Under the pieces are notes generated by a model. It did not search any database and had not been told where the DNA came from. It worked only from the letters and a program-made list of their open reading frames with translations. A stretch of DNA of 64,000 nt, taken from the NCBI GenBank assembly GCA_964016885.1, contig OZ024746.1, positions 44,268,001 through 44,332,000 on the forward strand, written 5' to 3'. Below, piece by piece: positions 57,501 to 64,000 of the stretch. A program made the translations under genes and the position numbers. This DNA is from Eledone cirrhosa. Lineage: Eukaryota. Every line of letters starts with the position of its first letter. Within the stretch, counting starts at the first letter, position 1.

Positions 57501-60158
57501 TGTTTGTTCTATGAACATAATACAAGTGTTGAACATCACAGTATAAAAATCATAATTTATACAAATTAAATAATGATGTATATAATATGTCTAATGATTT
57601 TGATCTCATGAACGACCCAAGTATTGATATACATAATGATTAACTGTCACTCTTGAAATTATGTCAATGACATCAACAAATACTTCACTGAAAGTTACAC
57701 AGTTTCTAAGACTAATCAGCGAACTAAGAGCGTATACACAGAAAAATAACAGTATGACAATAAAACATTAACGTCTTATTCGTGACTATAATAAATGGAA
57801 TTTCAATCAATGATTAACAGTAGGTCACCTTTGCTTGTTACTTAACTTCGTGTACGTCAGTGTCATCACTATTGTTTTCAGTGTTACTTTTACTGCTACT
57901 GTTGTTGTCAAAACAACTGCTACTATTATTACACTCCACTACTGAAGCACTATCTACAAAACAGTAATAATTTATTTTCACCGCTCGAAACTGTTAACAC
58001 TTCTTACATTGTCTTCTGTGCGTTCTTGCATGAATCACGAGGTCTATCTGAAGTTGATAGGTTAACTGAAGGGGAATTGACAGCCGTTATAGTCATGAAT
58101 GTGACACAAGTGAATCCATCTATTCAAGCCTGACTGATGTGACCGTGCAAATATTAAAATAATTTATCTGTAGCATAGAAAGAGTTGGGAATTTATATAA
58201 AATTACTATAAATATGGAAAATATACAGAAAGAACACGAGGCTTTCCAAAACTTGGATTATATTTCATTCGGAGCAAATGGTGTTTTACCGGTTTAGTAT
58301 AAAAGACAAACATTTAGAAATCTCTTTCACCATATAATTTTCACGAACCTCGACCAATTTACAAGTAGATTGATCTATGTTGTTTAACCGTCTACTCAGG
58401 AGTGTTGAGTCAAGGCTATAACCCGGGAAAATGAACAAATAACTACAACTAACTAATGTTACAAGAATTTTCAGTTCTATAATCTTGCGGCAATTGAAAT
58501 AAGAGGATAGGAATATGATCGAAAAACTAAAAAAGGATCTGATCTTTTAACCTCATCTAGTGTACAATCAGTTGTTCGGCTGATTTCTCTAACTATTTGA
58601 AAAATATTTGGGCAAATTTCCAGAAATTCACGTTTTGGTATATTCAAGGTTCACAAAAACATCTGAACCAACATAACGTAGGAAACCTTTGCAGTATATG
58701 TTTTCATGCTATTCCGAAACCCACATGGCATAATCGTTGAGATCAGACAAACATTGTGACCCAAGAATTTCGCTTATTCACAAGAAGTGGAAGGCAAGCA
58801 CCCGTTTTGAAAGACAAACGAAAATCCTACAATAAACCATTTTCATCCAGCTTTCTGTATAGCAATTTCAAATTGATATATATAGTGTTGGTCACTAAAG
58901 GCAACTTAACAAACATTTCATCTAATGAAAAATATTCTTCAAAGAGCCGCGTCCACTAATGCACCGTCGTTATAAATACTAAAATGTTGTAAACATGAAG
59001 GGAGAAAGCCATTTCATTGATTTTGTCGGATTTTGTTATTGTTCTTGTCTAAACCCGGGTCAATCATACCCGATCAAATCTATAATCAAAAGCGTTTCGG
59101 CCTTAGGTATTCTATAATGCTGTATAATGGACTACATTATCCAATATATCCTTTCTTTTAAAGACAGAGATGGTGGATTTGAAAGAGATTTGGTTAGTAT
59201 GTGAAGTAGGTAGAACCATGCTATAAAGGTTATCTGGACTAGTGTTAACTATTTGTAAGTAACACTCACTGTGAAACGTCATCATTGCACATTCCTTCAA
59301 TAATCTGTACATTTCAAGAATAACAGACCTAAAAACAGCTTTGTTACATTCCCAGATGTTTAGATATAATAAAATAAGTCTATATAACATATACAATATT
59401 CATAATAAGTTAGCACATACACAGCTCACAATATACTTTAGATTTACTAGTTTAGGTAGTTTTCCACGGTTATAGCTGACATTTAGAATATATTTTACAT
59501 ATAATATTTTACATATAATAGTAGGTAGTTAACCACTTTAAAAATACTTAGCAAATACTTAGGTGAAACAGTAGTTTTATAGTTAAATGGAATTTCAATT
59601 TCATTGCGTATTTTATTGCTGCTCTTTTATTTGTATCGTTCCTTTGACGGTTTCTCATCGTTTAGCCGTTAGTGTCAATACTACTGCTGATGCTATTATT
59701 GTTGTTATTGCTGCTTCTCTTTAGTTCTGTCATACGTCAGTCATTGCTGATTTACATTCATAGATTACTTTGAATAATACAATGGGTGGGTTTGCTTCCC
59801 ATGTATAGCAAATCAGTAAATAATTATTCAGATTGCCTTCTATATGATGTAGTGATATAATCCTCTCATTCATTCACAACTAAACCTAAAACGACAATCA
59901 AAGAAAAGAAGCTCGCAAATCAGATACATATCAATTTATCTTAACCGATAAACTCATGGTAATGACAGTACTAAATATTTTATTTCTTATATTTTCTCTC
60001 ACAAAACATGTATTTTATTCTCATTTTGGTATAAGGCGCCAAATACAACATTTTTATTTGCAATCCATTACTGATGTTATTGTCTTGTTAAAGTTTAACA
60101 TATTACATATGTTTATGGATATAGTGAGAATAAGTGGGATATATAGAGAAAGAGCAGG

Positions 60159-60202
<44 letters not shown>

Positions 60203-61947
60203 GGAGAGAAACAGGCAGACAAGGATAGATAGATGAATAAATTAGATAATTACGAATAAACAGAGAGAGAGAGAGGGGGGGGGGGCAGATAAACAATAGA
60301 GAGATAGAGAGATAGCTAGACTGGTAGATAGGAACAAAGAAAGATATAAAGAAATACGGATAGTCTCCGTCAATTTCTCTGAGAGAGTCAATTTAAAAAT
60401 TATATCAACATAATTGTACTCAACACCTTAAAGTATTTTCATTGGAATAAATTCAAAATAAAAAAAAGGTATGAGGAAACCTAATCAGGTTGGGGCAATA
60501 CTGTGCCATTATGCATATCTTTTGCCCAACATGTATTAAGATAATATCTTCGAAACTCACCAATCCAAACATTGCTTTCATGATACTGTCGTCAAATTAA
60601 TGATCATGTTTAAAAAAAATAAAAATGTATAATGTTATCTTATTTAATTTATTATGGCAAATATTTATTGATTTATTGAGTAGATATTTGTTTTATAAAT
60701 TCCAGAACTTATATCCCATTTATTGAAGACGACTGACCGGGATTATATTGTATCTATGACCCTATATTCGTAACTTGCAACAATCAAATGCATTGTAAAC
60801 ATAGCTGACAGTTCGTTGTATGTTGATCAAAACTTTCTCTCTCATTCGTTTAATGTTACAGAAACCAAAAGCAATCTCACAGCAAATACGCATGGAGTTC
60901 AGAATGGGTCAAAATAGATTTTGCCTGAATGTCTGAGATCAAGAATTATCGTAAATAAAAGCTGCTTTATTTGGCCAGCTTAATCCTGCAGTCTTCTCCA
61001 GGTCACTGTCCGCTTCAGTAAAATCATTGGAAATTGGAACCCAACCATTTATTCTACATACGGGCTGTGGTACGGTTCGAAATTCCGAAAACGTTAATGA
61101 ATACAACAGATACCTGGTAAAGACAAGATATTACAAGGGCCAAAACTTTGTGACTATAACAACTACGGTCAAGAGATTAGTTCAAATAAGGCAGTTTTCA
61201 AAACCTAAACTGTTTTGTGTAGCATTATTTGGTATTGGATTCATATCTCATTACATGTCTATGACTATAGAAAATGTCATGTCGTATTTGATAATTCTGA
61301 AATTATTTACTTGTTTGCGCTTGATAAGAACAATTCCTATTATGATATATGCATAAGAAAATTAAAGATAGAATTTCAACTCTTGATCTGAAATTATATA
61401 TTTCATAAATATCAAATCATAACCTAAAATGAGTTTATTAAAAATGTATTTCACTAAATATGAAATTTATAATTTAAAAAAGCGAAAATTGAATCTATAA
61501 ATGAAGACACGTAGCAAAGCGAATATCAATTTGTATTCCAGATGACACTTTCTATAATTACATTAAATCCCTTCATATGAAAAGAAAACTGAATAAATTA
61601 CTCATAGATAGGTTATGTACGGAAAGGGGGGTCATAACGTGACACATCTATATTTTAATTGACGATGGTGAGATATATGTGTTAATATCATGATTGAATA
61701 TCTTTAACTGTGCAGTAATCATTGGAAAATAGTGTTACATTTAATTTATTTCTAAATATTTGGAGCAACTGGTAATAATTATCAAATCAAAGCAAACTAA
61801 TCTTCAGTGTGTAAGGTAGCGGTGAAAACTATTCATTGTGCTTGGTCCATCCTATCACTTTCTAAAAAGATGAGGAAATATATTAGCTGGCAAATATCTG
61901 TTGAAATTCAATAAGGGTAAAATTTAACAAATGTGTAAATGTTATGA

Positions 61948-62128
61948 CAGTATCGGTAGAGCGTCAGACACCAGGCTTTGCAGCATAGAGTTATGGCCCT
62001 TTACGTTCTGGGTTCAAATTTCGCCGAGGTTAGCTTTGCCTTTCATCCTTACGGGGTCGATAAAATAAAGCACCAGTAATGCACTGGGTTAATTGCTGAC
62101 CTCATGCCAAACGTAGAAACAATTATTA
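61948..62128 (+). mobile_element. SINE copy
   Basis: cagtatcggtagag...ggttcaaat...gcctttcatccttacggggtcgataaaataaag...gtagaaacaattatt. Confidence 0.85.
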
Positions 62129-62782
62129 GACAGGAGATGATGCCTGTACAGATGTTCGAATTAGAAAAGGATTTCAGTCTGGGATGTGAAATTTATTAAT
62201 TTTATTGATATAATTTAATATATAAAGTATTCAAAGTATATTTAGAGTCGTGTTCCGTGGATTAAAATTAACATTTGATATAACATCACTCTCGCCCACA
62301 CACACGTACTAACACGTGTTGATGAACAAATTAGAGGGGTAGAGAGAAGGCGAAGCAATGCTGAATATATATATATATATGTCGTAGTATTTATTCCATA
62401 CTTTGAAGCTGATTATTCACGCTATAACTACTAAACGATTGTCGATACGCAACGACTGTCGCAGTCTGTCTGTGCCTAGATATATAACATATACACAAAT
62501 GCGTAAATATTCTCGTTATACATACATTTAGTATTTTTTGTGCGTGTATTCTATCTGCCACGTAGCTTTTTCTTTATGTTGTTTGAAACTTTTACATTGT
62601 TCAATTGTCAGTCCCTTCTTCTACCATATCTCTCTCACTCTCTCTCTCTCTATATATATATATACACACGTTTTACTAAGGTTAAATAGTGATTGCCTGT
62701 TTATCAGTGTCATGTCATCAGCCTGAAAAACAGGCGAAATTCCAGAGTAACAAAACTCTTTGTTTAGCCTTAATGGCATGAG

Positions 62783-62977
<195 letters not shown>

Positions 62978-64000
62978 TTTGAACAATGCAAATAAAATAA
63001 AAGTCGAAGATAGGTTCTTAATTATTTCATTGTTTTACGATCGCTCCAGAGGAGGACGGTGACATGGATCTAGGATATCGAAACAAGAAATAGTTGGTGA
63101 GATAACCACTATCAATTAGTCAATATATCGATTTACCAAGATCAATCAACTCTCTGACACACACACACACACATTATACACTCCCCACCCCACATGTATG
63201 TAATAGAAAACAACCGATGTTGCCATCCATTAATATTTCGGGTTTCTGGTCACGTCGTGTTGTTCAGGAACTATTGAAATTCAGCTTTTATTTGCATGAA
63301 AGACTCACCTGGTAAATTCTACAACTCATCACTGTATATAAAGGTATATATCTCCTTCATATTTAGTCCACGTATTTGCCGTGATAGTCTGTGCTGTTAT
63401 AATAAATATGTATTTTGTAAATATTGCCCTGAAAGGTACGTCTAACATTTAAAATGGAATGCCAATTTCTTTCTGAGTTATTTGCAGACAAGTGGCCATC
63501 AGCTAATATTGGAACAATTACATTGCACTTGCTCTAATAATGAAAAACAGTTGTAGATTCCTCTGCTTATATCGGAAGTAAAATATTTGATGTGGTTAGT
63601 ATTAACATTTTTCTTGTTAAATAATTTATGGTACCTATAGAGAAACGTACATTTCTGATATGATTAAAAAGGCTTATGTGATAGTGGCTGACACATACAG
63701 GATGTAAGAAAGATTAAATCATATGTCGTTTTGATTGCGCAGCTTTTTCAGTTTCCGTCTAAAAATCGCTCTGCTTCACGGCTGAACGTGATGAATATTC
63801 TTTAATTGCAGTATAAGCACTGCGATGTACGCAGTCTTCCATTTTCCTGCCTTTTGTACATCTATATATTATTCTGTTTCTATATATTATTAGACTTTCC
63901 ATTGTACAGAGACAAAAGCTGGACAAAATTATTAGATCTATCTCCAATTCTTTTGAGAGTCTGTGTTCGGTGTGCTTAATTATTTGCTGCCTAAATTCCT

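Overview
AT-rich, repeat-dominated eukaryotic DNA with no recognisable host exon. The SINE family and the huge (TA)n tracts suggest a mollusc, probably an octopus (inference). Almost all ORFs in the supplied track are microsatellite artefacts. The real content is: a near full-length Penelope-like retroelement (PLE; RT + C-terminal GIY-YIG, 20649-25070) with direct and inverted pseudo-LTRs; two 3' fragments of a different PLE endonuclease type; a decayed Chapaev3-like transposase; Helitron, mariner, RTE and CRE-like relics; and many copies of a tRNA-derived SINE. The most interesting signal is RNA-level. I find at least eight minimal type-I hammerhead ribozyme motifs from four unrelated sequence families, plus degenerate ones, nearly all in elements that abut (TA)n arrays. 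Four of them lie in a non-coding 410-468 bp tandem repeat (223-815 and 25466-26916). It has one hammerhead per unit, compensatory stem-I changes between the two loci, and a PLE-style inverted end. It looks like a non-autonomous retrozyme-type family, predicted to give a ~462-nt self-cleaved and possibly circular RNA, sitting beside a candidate helper PLE. All structures were read by eye and are untested.
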